A stretch of 63,742 nt of DNA, the filler included, from Sphaeroforma arctica JP610 (lineage: Eukaryota), in the NCBI RefSeq assembly GCF_001186125.1. It is 5 parts of 2 records of this genome, joined end to end, with 100 filler letters (N's around TTAATTAATTAA, not from the genome) between each part and the next. Parts side by side here need not be neighbours in the genome. Positions count along the whole stretch, not along the records: positions 11,200 to 30,808 come from NW_014040526.1; 4 more parts are not named here. The stretch is one strand, 5' to 3'. Numbering within the stretch: position 1 is the first letter of the stretch; each line of letters begins with the position of its first letter. The notes below the pieces were generated by a model, which saw only the letters and a list, made by a program, of their open reading frames with translations, searched no databases and was not told where the DNA came from. A program made the position numbers and the translations under genes. Positions 14,289-28,385 of this stretch are shown here, piece after piece.

Positions 14289-17200
14289 TCAATTCGTGGA
14301 GGCCGACGCACTTGTTTCAATCATTGAAATTGTGCTTCGTCTTGTTCGCTTGTCGCCTGGAATGTCACTACGAGCCGCGTCATTCCAGACCCTAAAGTCC
14401 TCAGCAGATGTCTCCTCTATCGCTTCTGTAGGTACATGGTGTGCAGTCTCAGGCGAAGTGTCAACAGCTTCTGAGAGACTATTTTGGGCGGATGGTGATG
14501 TCATTTCTATCGGTTCTGTTGATACTATTGTAGGATCTGTATTTGGTATGGTATCTTGGATGGGTGTTGACTGTGTGATTGACGGATCCTCCATAGCGAT
14601 TGCAATATCCCCCACTTTAGCAACTTTGTTCTCATCGGACGTTGTGCTGGGTTTGTTCTCATCGTAGGTTATGCTAGGCTTCTCCGTCTCGTCAACGGTC
14701 GCATCTTCGGGTTCAGCTGGTGCGGCTTTCTTCGTTGTCTGTGGCGATTCTTTTGGTGGCGTCATCGTGCGTGATGCTTGTTCAATAGCCAGCAGTGGCG
14801 CAAAGATCTCCTTGAAGTCTATATCTGCAACAGAGAATCTACCAGAGCCTGCAGTAGAGCTCTGAGAGTTTGCGAATATGGCATGGAACCCTCGCGCGAT
14901 AAAGGGCACGGCATCTGAAAGTGATGGAAGAAGGCACATATTGAAACGGACATACAATTTCGGGTAGGGCGAGGCCCAATGGTCGACTAATTTAAAAACA
15001 TGTCTGCGGTTATACTTGCTCATGCTGTACCATTAACAACGTGGCCAGAATAATGTACGAGGCTATGTTCATACCTGTTGAAAGCAACTGCATAAACCTA
15101 AGACTCTGGTTCACAATCTCGGGGTCGTCATCTTCCCGCGCTTCAAAAACATTTTGATGAGTGAACACTACGAGTGCCACTATATTATTCAAATGTTCGC
15201 TTACGATCCTTCGTATCGTATTGGCTGTCGCCAGAGGCGCGCAGTGTCGTAGATTGTTATAAGCGTCCACAAAACTGAGTACACATCATGGAAAGAATCA
15301 GCAAAAATTCATTATCCCACAGCGTGATTTTTCTAACCAAAATGGTTGAGAATGTGATAAAATTATATCGTACGTGTTGGAAAGCAATTTTCTACAAATC
15401 TTCATGCATAAGCACAAGCCTGAAGACAATCAAAACACACTAACCCGTTCACCAGCGTGGCCAGATAGGGGAATTCATTCAAAGCGGCTGAAGGTTGTTC
15501 AAAGTTCGAATTGCTCGGTTGACCTTCTGCAATATAACAAATAATTTTAGCACGTCAAAATTTAGAACGAGCAGCTTATCTCCAATGTTGGAATAGCCAT
15601 CATTCCTTGTATATCAACTGGATCTATTCGACTACAGTATCTGGTTTCGGCAGATTGAACAAGGTTGATTCTTCTGGATACAGAGACCGACAATATTGAC
15701 AACCTATTTTACATACTTGTGTATTCAATCGTCTCGGCACTCGTAGCAGCTGCTCGGTGTAGTGATGCAGCTCCTGCTGAAGATGTGATTACGTTTCTAG
15801 GCTTCGTTTTCAATGCCTTAGCGAACGCATTGGTCGTGTTTGAGGTTGCTTGGGCAAATAGGGTTATGATCCTCCCACAGAATAGCTCAGGGAGCAAGCC
15901 ACGAAAATCAACACCAACCCTACCCAAGCTGGACCCCAGGTACATGCATTGGCCCAACAAGGAATTGATCAGAGTTCCTGTAAGACCATATCAATTTACA
16001 GTGAGGCTCGGTATTATGACGCAGTTATAGCATCTCAATCGCATATAAGAAAGTTGGCCCACTCTAGGTTGTCAAAGATTCAGAAGTTTTGCACCTACCC
16101 TCAGTCACTCGCGGTAGCTGAGATTTCAACATCGTCATGAATGCTGCCACAATATGATTCACCCATCCGTACATGAGTTGGCGAGACTGTAAATCACCTG
16201 ACACAGGTTGTGTGAGAATTTTTGCGAAGTAAGCGATTTTGTTGGTGAGTTCGCATTCATCGAGAACTTTTCGTAAAATATTTATCTGTATAGATCAAAT
16301 TGCACCATCAGTCGAACGATACAGTTGGGTTACTCACCTTTCCTTGTACCAGAATCCGGAAAGATGGCTCGATAGTGAGTTACAATATCAAACAATCCAA
16401 TACGGCTGTATAAAGTATTGGTGAAAGGTTAAAATTGTTTTCAGAATATAGGATCGAACGGATTTCAGTAAACTTGAAATGGTAATGAGAAAATGTTTTG
16501 TCCGCTCTGCAGTGGACTTGTATAAAACAAATGAAAGGTCGCAGCGATCACCATCCGACTTACAAAGTTTCTATATATTTGTTGGTGTACGCGTAAGCGT
16601 CTGTGTCGCTCAGAGCATCCACATTTGTTTTCAGCCACAGGCCACGGGCGCTCAAGAACTTCAGTCGGAGCTCCTAAAAGTTACGTGTCGCACAGTGGAT
16701 GCCAGAACGAGTGTTCGCACGAGAGCAGTGGTGTGTACATTGTAAAGAACAAAGTTGGTAGCATTTAATATCGTATTGCTTAAATACGAGAGATACCATA
16801 AGCAGGTAATCCAAGACGGTTCACCTCACGTCTAGGATCAACTACACGAGAAGAAATGTTTGAATACCACAAATCGTGTGATAAGTTACTTACTTTCTCC
16901 GTGAAACAATTCATGCGCCGCAAATGGCCAACGACGCGGAGGCAAGCTGGCAGATTTATGTCACCTCGTAGTAGCTGAAAGAGAATGTGAACGGTATACT
17001 GTCAGACTGTCCTTGAAGAACATATTGTAGCTCTCATGCCAAAGCTCGTTTATGCACGTAACAATTTTACAAGCACCACACGGCAGCAACGACAACTTCA
17101 AAAAAATTCAAGATCCTGCGTAATCAGCACGAGCCACTTTATGGATAGATGCAGCAATTAGCGCCATACCTGCATCAGCTGAGTCAACATGACCTTCTTA

Positions 17201-18096
17201 GCCTCGGAAACCTCATCAACAACTTGTGCAAACAAGGATATCGCGCCATGTTTGCGAGAAATTCGAGTGACAGTATTGTCTAGATCTAAGGCTTCCTCGT
17301 AGTGACCATTGCGCACGCACGTGTCCATGAGCTGCGGTACTTCTAGAATCTCCAGAAGCTGCATACAGAAAGATAGCCTTCAGTGATTGGAATCCTTCCA
17401 TCATATTGTCACCACAGCCCACCTTTGCAACTCAGGAAAGCGCGCAGAGTGCGTGAGCGTATATTAGAATGACGAAAGCATGGATTAGTTCCGTCTACCC
17501 GGACAGCAAATTGCTATACAAACTATTAGGAGTACGTAGTTACCTGCGAGTGATACTGCAGCGTTGCGAAGAGAGAGTGTCGCTTGGTGGTCAGCGAAGG
17601 TGTGTCTCGGACGAACGAATGGCATTGTTCAGTCAGCAACGGAAGCCTCTCTTGCAGCCGCACAATATTATTGGCCAGCTGCTTGAATTCTAAGAACACG
17701 TCCTTCGAGCATTTGGCCGTCTGAATGAATCCTGCAGTGAGACGAACCCCGTGAAGGAAATTACATACAATTATATAGGAGGTCCTCTTGATACTGAAAT
17801 AGCTTTGACTTGGCTCTGTTCTTTCATTCAGAGAAGGGCGCGTCAACGACGCGGCACAAAAATATAGTTACTTGCTTGCAGAGATCGTGCGGCATCACTT
17901 AAAGCTATACACCTGGGGCACATAATGAATTCCGAATATGTACAGCAGTACAAGCACAATCCCTATACAGGGAGCAACACAATTTCCAAGTCAGCCATCT
18001 ACGATGCCATCTACAAGACAGAAAGTCATTGAGCCAGAAACGCTCGTGTGAGACACTACACGAAAGCGATTGATACACATACACACACACACACAC

Positions 18097-18148
<52 letters not shown>

Positions 18149-18986
18149 GTGTGTGTGTATATATATATTGGCACACTGGAAACGTCGCCAATAAAATGAA
18201 AACATACAAACAACAATATCGTTCTCCAAATACAGTACCATACAAACCCAATATAAACCCACCAACTATGTGCTAGTAGAGGTACTCTAGGGAATGACGG
18301 TACAAATACGTCACACCCGGCACATTTGGTCGCAGTGTCAGAGCCGCTCTGCACCGATCACAACAACCAAGTGGCCAATATAACACGAAACTACACTCAA
18401 GTATCGGACGAAACGCTTTTAAGTAGTTTTTCTATCACGAACAGCAGTAACCACCGCTACATTCAGTCGAGACAAACGCGAGTACTCAAAACAGAACGCG
18501 AAAACAAACACTCGACGCCTTGAAATAGCTTGCACCCACACATCTCATAGTGCATATAATATTTAGACAAAAGAATATCGATAATCTGATTCAAGGACCA
18601 ATGAATGGTTTACTTGCGATACAATCCATATACAAACGCACAGATTGGCGTAGCTCCAACTTACAGTGTATCTCGTTCAAGCATCTGTGGTTGCTGCATA
18701 CAACCACACGCACACACACATTCGCTGACATACTATTTCAAGCATTTGGAATGGCACTGTGAGGGTAATGTATTGATGACACACCTCGGTAATGCTGGAA
18801 CGCTAAATCCCTAGTGTCGTTGACCAGGCGCTTCTGCTCCTGGTCCAGGCGTTCGGGCTCATGACTGAGTCTGTCAACAGAGAAGCCCGTCAGTTCATTG
18901 AGATACGCTATGTGGTCTGCATTGTTTACCTCACCATCCTTCGCCTTCTCAGGGAAGAGGAACGTAAAGAGCTCCGTGCCCTCCAT
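14289..18986 (-). CDS. COG8: Conserved oligomeric Golgi complex subunit 8 (Dor1), multi-exon
   Basis: Spliced exons give YLNELTGFSVDRLSHEPERLDQEQKRLVNDTRDLAFQHYR, GFIQTAKCS, LLEILEVPQLMDTCVRNGHYEEALDL, LRGDINLPACLRVVGHLRRM, ELRLKFLSARGLWL, RIGLFDIVTHYRAIF and LGQCMYLGSSLGRVGVDFRGLL, followed by an acidic low-complexity C-terminus. Confidence 0.95.
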
Positions 18987-19232
18987 GGTACTCGAGTACT
19001 TTAGGATGATGTATGCATCACTGAGTGTGTGCCATTTTAAAGTCAACTCTGATTTTCTCTTTTTGTTGTTGCGTCTAGCTTTCAAAAACCCTATAAACCC
19101 TAGAATCCTCAAATATGATTCAATCTGAGCAATGGGCTAAAAGGGTGTAACCTACGCAACCATCAGCAGACGGCAGTTTCAGACCTGCAGTAATATTCAA
19201 TCATCTTTGCGACGCTGTGTGCGGTTATCACG

Positions 19233-22200
19233 ATGGTATCATATGTACGTACCATAACACGCAGAGTAGCACACACTAGAAACTATGCGAGCAATAGGCA
19301 TCTTCGATTAATCAAATTCTATACAACTGAAAGGACGGAGAAAAATACATGCTTTATGTTCCCGGGACAAGGCACTCAGCACGTAGGTATGTGAGCATTT
19401 CTTGCAGGCTAAATCTGTATTGAGATTGCAGCTATATGTTTGGGTCTCGTTTATATGTACCAGTTTGTAAAAATGAGGCTTTATTTTGGGTCTAAGGTTT
19501 GTCTCTTCTGACTGCAGTCTCACTTGCGGCCATTTCCAGCCTAGATAAGCCTAGATATGAGATCTTGCACACAAGCCAAGGTACACAAGTTGAGTATGCT
19601 CGCTCTAAAAGCGGGGATATGCACATATTTTGGTGACTATTGTACAGTATAGCTCTATCGGAAGGCGCTAGGTAGAGTGATACTTTTGCACTCGCGTCGC
19701 ACGTGGTTCTCGAGTTCTGTTCTCGATTGTCCGTTTGGTTGTTAATGTTGAGTATACACGGAAGTAATATACATACAAATAAAGTGAATATGCTGCTGTT
19801 TTTTTTGTATTGTATGTATGTATATATTTACTTACTGGATCTCTTATTATCAATATAAAACTTCGTACACTAGTTTTTGACTTAAGCTCAATATTGTTAG
19901 AATAATAGTGTTTGCCCAAGCGATGAACCCATATATCCAGGCCATGAGTATATGCCTATGACTCGAAGGTAGACATGAGATTGTCTGTCTTTACGTTCCA
20001 AAGCATCTGCTTCTACTGATCTATCAGAAATTGCACGTACCATATATTGTGCACAGTCTGCAAGCCTACGTTTTTATTTTTTCCCCTTTGGTAGCGCACG
20101 TAAAGTGGCTTCAAAGTGACCTGCCGCAGTATTGCTAAGTAGATATACCGCTTAAATCCTGCTTTCTGAGAGAGGTGATATTCGCGTAGTTTGTGCGTTC
20201 CACAGCTTCATGCAGACCATTTATTGGGAACAAATGCAGTTGACATATGTGGGTAGTGTCGCTCTTCATACTGCTCACGAGATACATACTTTTTGAAAAT
20301 CGCCATATTGTGTCGATTTCTAACCTTCACCGTCGTATGCGGGCGGAAATATGGTATGTATATATGGATATAGGTGTAATGGTGTAATTGAACTGTGCTA
20401 TGGCTTGAGTGATTCAAACCATACAGCAATGCGAATCCTATTGAGTGAGTCAGCGAGCCAAACCGCGATCGAAATAAAAAATAATACCCAAAGGGGTCAT
20501 GACTTATCCACGTAGCTTCATTTCTAATTTTAACTCGTCGTTGCCAAATTTATTTCGAAGGTATGGGGAAGGATATGTTTCAAAATATTAAGCAAGCGAG
20601 GCAAATGTTGCAAGAGGCTGATAGCGTGCTCGGCTTCTCGCTATCACGTCTGATGTTCGAAGGCCCAGAGGTGTGCTGATCTCTGCGTGCTTCTAGAAAT
20701 AGCGGCCATATATCAATAGATCTGCTATATATCTTGCACGTTTGTGAGAGTAGCGAACAGAAGTTGTAGGTTGCGGTATTTGTTAATTTGATACATTCCT
20801 CCAATTTGGTCTAGAATGTCTTTATACGCAAGGGCTATGAGCTTGCGTTTTTATCCAGAGTGGTTCATATTCCATAGCTATCGGCATGGTTGCGTAACTC
20901 ATGAACACAATTGGTTGCTTACCATTTAGGCAACTCTAACAAAAACTGAAAACGCCCAGCCCGCGATTTTGATCAATAGTCTGGCCCATTTCGAAACTGA
21001 GGTGAAGGTATAATATATGTGTTTTGTTCAGCACATATGTTTAGGGAAGTGAATTTTTGGATTACGTATTTGAACCCTGCGATATCACTATCGCGATTTA
21101 TATTCGGTGTTAAGGTGTGTTAAGGCACATGTGTATACTACTAATGTGTGGTTTTGGACACGACTGTATTATGTATAGTCTTGTGGTGGATAGTTGGTGC
21201 TACCTGCCCAGCTGGAGCTCAATTATTTGTTCGTAGATACCTTGTGAGTTTTTTGATTGCCATCAACTCTCGTAGGCCAATTCATTCTGATGTAAAATGA
21301 ATATTTTCTCGCAAATTTGTATACTTCAAAGCAATGATTCTGGTAGCTAGCATCACTTTTCCTCGCCTTCTCGCTTGACATGGCGTGGCTTCTTTGTGCT
21401 TCCAGACTTCAAGGCCAGAGCAAGTGCAGAACGCTGCTTGCGTTATGGGGTTCTCACTTGGTGAATACTCCGCATTGACAGCGGCGGGCGCTTTATCGGT
21501 ACCAGACGCTGTGCGGTTGGTGGTAAGTTGACGTTCAAAGCGGTTGCATCTTTGTAGCGCAAGACACATCTCTCATGTAGATCATTCGCTTTCCTACTGA
21601 GTGTTTGCTCATCGAGTTGTCACTTCATATTTCTATTTCCAAGAAGTGATTTTTGGTATAGAATACAATATGCTTACTACAGAGTCGGACTAGCGCGCTG
21701 TTGTATAACTACTCTGACACTTTCCATTTTCCAATTTGTCTCTGCGAGTGAAGCATCATAGGGGCAAAGCAATGCAGGAATGTGTCGTCGGCTTGGTATG
21801 TCAAAGTAATAATATGAGGTCACGATGGGAGATGAATTGCTGAAAAGATTGTGACGTAGAATGTACCGAAGTTCATTTTACCTGTGGTATCTGCTCTATT
21901 TTATATTAATGATGTATACTGCAATATCCGTAACGATTAGATTAGAGTAGATGAAGTCTCTCGAGACATCGGTATGGAGCTGCGTATAAATACAAGTATA
22001 CTTGTATATTCCCATATACATCGATCACAGGAGACAGCTATGGTAAGCATGTTTCCGTGCTCGGTGGAGTTAGCCGAGGAAATTGTGGTGGAAGGACAAA
22101 AATTAGGCGCGTGCGATATATCAAACCATAATTCATCTACTCAAGTTACAATCAGCGGAATGAAGGACGCAGTAGATGCTGCTGTGTTGTACGCAAAATC

Positions 22201-23049
22201 CCGTGGCGTCAGACGGTGCGCGTCACTTCAGGTAAGCAGTTGAACTCGAATGAGGAATCGATGTGTAATTTGATGATGAGTACAGAGTATTAGTACTTGT
22301 TTGGTTTCTAACCTCATATCAGCATTTAACTGTGTGGACTAGCGCCACATGTGGTTGTTAACGATGCGTGACCCGAGGAGAGGTTAAGTTGCCCTTTCTC
22401 ATCGATTGAAAATCTATAGTACCGCCTGTGACCGAATCTAATCTTGCATTCCAAACTGAATACATAGGTCAGCTGTCCGTTCCACAGTCCTCTCATCAAG
22501 GGAGCGGAGGATGTCATGCGAGAACTGCTTGAAACGACACAGATCAATACGCCGAGAACTCCGGTCATTTCCAATGTGACAGGCCAACCGGTACGTTGTT
22601 CTGAATTCAATTTTACAGACTATTCCTTTTAGAGGCGGGATTGTGAGTAAGCATTCGGTTCGAAAAATAATAATAATGTCGTGCCAGGTTGGTTTAGTAA
22701 AATTAATACCGTATTGGATACACAGCTCGTGCTTCGCTAGGCATTAATAGTGGAAGAGCGAAACATAACCACCAACGAGTGCGCAAATGATATTGCAGTT
22801 TTTTGTGTGTGTATTGTATTCTGAGAAGCGAACATATGTCTGATTGAGAATATTTTACATTACCGACAGATGAGCGACCCTAATGAAATAAGAAGGCTCC
22901 TGGTAGACCAGGTGTGTGGACGAGTGGTCTTTGCTGATAGCATCCTCACTGCGCAGAAAATGGGAGTCACTGAGTTTATAGAGGTTGGTGGTGGTAAAAA
23001 TATGTCTCGCTTTGTGGAGCAAACTCTGAAAGCAAACAAGATTCAATAA
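19233..23049 (+). CDS. MCAT: Mitochondrial malonyl-CoA:ACP transacylase (FabD/MCAT), about 8 exons
   Basis: Arg-rich presequence MVSYVRTITRRVAHTRNYASNRHLRL, then FMFPGQGTQHVGMGKD, LGFSLSRLMFEGPE, LTKTENAQPAIL, catalytic GFSLGEYSAL, HRGKAMQE, VSCPFHSPL, PVISNVTG and FIEVGGG. Stop TAA at 23047-23049. Confidence 0.95.
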
Positions 23050-24266
23050 AATAAGGTGCTTAAAGAAAATCTGTTCGGTTGCGCATACTATTATAATTTT
23101 TAGTGGGTACGCATTGGCGAGCAATCCCTCAAAACTGCTATAGTATTTTGCTGGACCTTGTCGAGAGCGTATTCATAAGAAAATGCTTCATAAGAAAATC
23201 TACACTGATCAATATGGCGAGACAAACTATACAACGGTGTATTGATTCTAAACGCCTATACAATTTGATCAGCTAGATTCGGCAATGGCTAGGGTTACAA
23301 ATCTGGGACCACACATTGTTACTTGCATTCTCTCACCCAATTCGGTGCATACATCAACTATCACATTCAGTGCTGAAGCGATGGTCCTTCAGCGGCAAGT
23401 ACGAACAATTGACAGAATATTTTAATTACCAGACTTGACCAGCAGCACAATAATCTTCCATTTATGCATGTAATGATCGACTAACCTACTGATTCTCTCA
23501 CACGATAAGAGTTATATTTCTAAATAATGTATAGAGGTACGATGCACTGGAGAAAGCGGGGGTACTAACTTATACAATACAGAAAGTGGTAGGAAGTATG
23601 TTGTGATAGTCTGCTTAGTAATAATCATAAGCCCTCGACAGTTCATTACTTCGCTTCAGGCAACTTTTCGATATCCGTCGCTGCAGAGGAATATATAAAG
23701 TCTTGACACAAATACATCTATTCGTACGTTGATTCTAAGTTGTAGTATTTGCATCCGTTTCAAACCGTCAGGAGTGAGATTTCGTCGGAAGGCAGAACTC
23801 TGGCTATAGCGATGTGCCTAATAGCGGACTAAGCAGTCGGATACGTGGGAGCTTCCATGTAGCATTCGAAGGCGGACAGAATTGTGCATAATCCACTATA
23901 ACGTTCCACGACGAATCAATGATACAGGTACACATTCGAATAACCGGTTGCATGCATACTGAACAATAATTCAAATTTAGATTCATTCGAGTAGGCAATA
24001 TTTGGCGACCAATTGCCGCGTACATGCTCCATAATTACCTCCCATCGCTCCTCAGTAATCACACTAGTACGTTCGTAATGCCACACCATCACAATCTGGA
24101 AGGCCATCTCTGTTACTGACCTAGTGCGCACCGGTTTAAGGTCACCGGTTTTATATGACCACTACTCATACTAACGACGCAACCAAAAAGCCAATGGCAT
24201 GTAAAACACACCCACTGAGACATGGCCCAGGGAAAGCTCGCAGCTAGCAACAACCACACGTTTATA

Positions 24267-24362
24267 TCGGCCACCTCGTCTGAGTTGTACAGTCACACTT
24301 TCAAAAGCATTCGGCCATCGCGTCTGAGTTGTACAATCACACTTTCATAAGCATCCTTGGCC
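24267..24362. repeat. 44-bp tandem duplication (2 copies plus partial)
   Basis: TCGGCCA..CGTCTGAGTTGTACA(G/A)TCACACTTTCA(A/T)AAGCAT occurs twice in tandem. Confidence 0.85.
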
Positions 24363-24482
24363 GCACATCTGTATTTTATTTTATACTGCTGCCATTCGGG
24401 ATTGGCTGCGTCAGAAGCTGTGCCCCGTATTCGCAATGCGATCTCTTGCACGGACAGACTCGGGCCGTATATACCAGTACGA

Positions 24483-27400
24483 TCATGGTATTTGGCTCAT
24501 GCTATCAGTGTCTGGCGGATCAGTGTAAGTAGTATCAAAAGTCATGGCCCAGATACCAGGGGGGGTCTTTACGGGCGAGGACGTATGTCTATGCTTCGAG
24601 GTCAATTGTATGCGCTGCTGAGCTGTTAGCTGACCACCTGCTAGTTCATGAAACTGCGGAGTAGCAGCCCAGTATATTTTTTAGCAGTCTTTCACGTCAA
24701 TCTGCCGTGGAGACGGCTAACAAGCGGATAGGAGCAAATATCGTTGCAACTCACAACTCACAATGAATATGAACTCTCGAATGCTGCGCCGGAATTAACA
24801 CGACCCCCCCCCCCCCCCAAATTTTTTTCTTTGTCTACAAGGATTGCTTTCGGGAAAGGAACATTACTCTGCTCTTCATAACCAATCAATACTTCACTTT
24901 GCCATATTGTGAGTCACCACATGTGTCTTAACCAAACCACTTACCCTCCTACAGTGATCACAATCGTACCCCTTGAGTTTTGCGCGTTTATCTTTACCTC
25001 TAACGACTTCAATGTATTTGTGAGGTCGTTTACTTCGTTCATCTTCTTCTATCTTCCGTTTGTGCTCTAGAAATCTATCAGGAGCATGATTTGTAGACAT
25101 ATCAGGATGGGGAAGTATAGTTGCGTATGCAACGATCACGAAAATAAAATCATAATCCGCTCAGTGGAAGGGAGATATACGCATATGATATTAGCCGAGC
25201 GAGTGCGATCAGCATGTGTAAATTACAACACGAATGACTATGAATATGTTCTTAGGTAGTAGATATGGCTATTCACTTGCTAAGGTAAAGGTATCCATTA
25301 AGACAAGCTATTGCTATGACTGATCATACCCCTTTAGTTGACTATCCATGCTTTTTGGTTGATCTTGCTTTGATGTCAATTTGAGCGCCGTTGGCTGGGA
25401 TTGCATGTCACCGTCACGTTCATTCGTGGTAGAGCGCGTCCTCTTCTTTTTCTGCTATTGTGACCAATCCAGAACACAGAAAAATGAAAATCTTAACTTT
25501 GAGCTGAGCTATGCCATTCAGTTTTTCGAGCGTCTTCGCATGCGGAAAATTATTCCTGAAATGGAACTATATTCAGCAACATGCCAAATTGCAAAGACAA
25601 CACATACAGATCATAATTATGGATGCAACTAAAGATGTCTAATACTTAATACATAAAGTCCAGTTAGCACATTCGCGGGGTCACAAAGGACTACCTGTTT
25701 GGTATTCGCGTACTCTTCACCATCATTTGGTTGCTGTCCATGCTTATTGGTGCCAGGAATGGCATCATGATGACTCTCCGGATCACTGTTTGTGCCATTG
25801 CTGACATTGAGGGGGTCTCCTGGCTGGAGCCGTGGAAATCCCACTTCATCCGGACTCCCAGATGCATCATGTCTCACATGAGCCAGAGACTCCTTTTGCA
25901 CACCTGTATCGGCTATACTTGTACGAATTTCCAATGCATTCCTTTCGACTGATATTTTCGTGTCCTCTTTTGAAAAGAGCCAAGCCTTCGGATCTGATAC
26001 TCCGCTCGTTAGTTTCTTATTATTTCGACCATCTATCTTAATTGGGCCCCGTCCCGGACGTCCACTCCTCCGCATTCCCTTTGGCTGGTCTTCATGCGCG
26101 TGCTGCCGTAGTACCTGCGGACAGTTGAAATTGCATTCCTCTGTACCTCCGTCATCCTTTGGGACATTTTTCTCAGCTACATCCAATTGCGAAGCCTTGC
26201 TTTCTGCCTCGAACTGAATGACTGTGCCACTGTCTTGAGGGTTGGTAGCGCTGTTGTCGGTGTCATGTATGCTCTGTTTTCGCAGTGCTATAGTCCCCAC
26301 ACTCTTCTGGAATCTGTTAAAACCTTGTTTCGTCGAGTTGTATGTTCGTGACTTGTCCTCGACCACATTGACCTCACAAGTGTCCTTTCCATGACTCTGT
26401 GATCTTCTTCTCACATCCAGATGTGCATGCCTAATTGAGATGGATTTCTTTGCTGCGTTTGATCGTGAAAACGGATCAGATTGTTCTCGTGAGACTGGTA
26501 CAGACGCCAATTCAGAACTATTCTGTCCATCTTGTCGGCTGTGATTGGTGATTTCATCGATTGGCGCAGGAATGATAAGTGCTCCTGAAGGAGATTTCCC
26601 ATTGCCATGCACATCCCAGTCTACGCGTCGGATATCCATTGATTCGCCTGGAGCTGATATACGGGCAGCCGTACCGGTTTGATTTCTGTGTCCAAAGATT
26701 GCCTGGTTATCAACATTCTTATTTCCAGAAATTCGTTGGTATTCGCTACCGGACTCCTTCGTGATAGATGACGAATCATTGTTAGACCTAGGCGTGTCGG
26801 CTGCAGTACCATTACGCCACCTACCCAGCTGAAGATCGTCTGCTGATATAGAAGCTTTGCCCTTGCCAGTTACATTGAGTAACATCGTGCTGTACTTGAT
26901 GGCGCGTGTGTTGGCATTTCTATATTGGGTCGTTCGCTCAGCAAGTGTGGCTTCCAACTCTTCGATATGCCGTGCTTTACTATGCGGAGCAAGAAGAAGA
27001 GGTATGCTTCTTAGACACGAGGACAAGTATGGAGAATGACATCGGAACACGCGGCAATAAAAGATAGGGAGCCATCTGTAGCCATACCTATTTCGATGAA
27101 TACAACTCATCGAGCGTCGCGTTGAAACACCAGGTGAGGTAAACAACCCAGATACAGAAGATTGTGTATAGCAAAGGCAGTTAATTGGCATACCTCTCCA
27201 AGCGCGACAATAGACCATCCTTGTCCGCCTCCAAGATGATGATTCGGTTACTTAATTCTCGGATCTGTTGCTGCGTTGAATTCCCTGATTCTATATTGCT
27301 GTCAAGCTTGAGCTCGTCTAAATAATAAGGAGCACGACAACGCGTAAGGATGGTTGGCTTTTTAGAAAATTACACATCCACAACCGTCATAAACCAGAGG

Positions 27401-27973
27401 TACATAAATATATTTGAAGTCGAAACTTTAAAGAGGACGCAAATTCATATCGCAACCTGTTCGCAGACCTGTAGCTAACAGATAAGTAATCATTATTTCT
27501 TGTTTCTAACAAAATAGCAGCTCATTGAGGCTACATCTACCTCTACTTCCGATTAAGCGTACGTATTGTATTAAAACGTAGATCAGCCACACAGACTATA
27601 AGCTTCTGATAAAAACACATCCTGCCTCTTTGGCTGTGAATTTAACAGACTCGTAGCTGAAAATGTATTCGTCTCGTGCATAGTCTCACATATATCCACA
27701 AGAGCCTATTTTTATTGTAAACTCATATAAAACCTATCTATTGCTATTATACCTAATCAAATTACCGTTGAACTGAAAGGGATATACGCACATGTAAGCC
27801 TCGTTAAATCATTGCCATTTCAGCCATCACTCACATTGTTCCGATTGATCGTTCATCATTTTCAGCACCGATGCTTGCAGCTTTGTGATCGCCTCCTCCG
27901 CCATCGTGTAAGCCGTAGACATCTCCGTATCATTTTCTGCTTCGACCTTTTCAGCCCTAAGGCGACTCCGCAT
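24483..27973 (-). CDS. RBBP8: CtIP/Sae2/Ctp1-family DNA end-resection factor
   Basis: N-terminal coiled-coil exons (from 27973; IRELTRHIEELEATLAER) and a long disordered middle exon. C-terminal Sae2 domain HKYIEVVRGKDKRAKLKGYDCDHCRR splices to exon 24483-24653 FHELAGGQLTAQQRIQLTSKHRHTSSPVKTPPGIWAMTF (CxxC, RHR-like KHR, TP..W). The start codon is less certain. Confidence 0.85.
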
Positions 27974-28385
27974 ATCTATACAACACTGTCATAGAGCAGC
28001 ACATATGCGTATTCTCAACTCACTCACCAATTACACAACGTGCTGGACTACCACCTGATTGCTATAATGTGCATGCGACGAGAAGTGGCGGGTACAAATT
28101 CAATGGCACACGAAAGATAAAATTACTGAAAGTTAGCGTGACCATCTTGATGGCTCCGTTCAGATCTTGATTTTTATATGAAGTGCATAGATAGTTATTT
28201 ATACTCTTCATCTGTGACATCACAGGTCATGTATAATTTGGCGCGTAAATCCTATAGCTCCCAAACCTGTCAAATGCAAATGTCGTGTGGCTCAAGCCTG
28301 TCAAAATCACTATGTTTCAATTGCAGCCCATTTCCCCATATATATAGAGGGATAGATTTCGCTGTACAAGTGATATCCATACAAG

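Noticed and set aside
21453..21470. GFSLGE rather than GHSLGE around the MCAT catalytic serine
   Set aside because: GFSxGE also occurs in animal mitochondrial MCAT; the serine and downstream Arg/His motifs are intact.
23646..24030. Alternative CtIP 3' exons giving a CSAHR-like motif
   Set aside because: Splice phases do not fit, and exon 24483-24653 gives a much better SKHR...TPPGIW match in phase.
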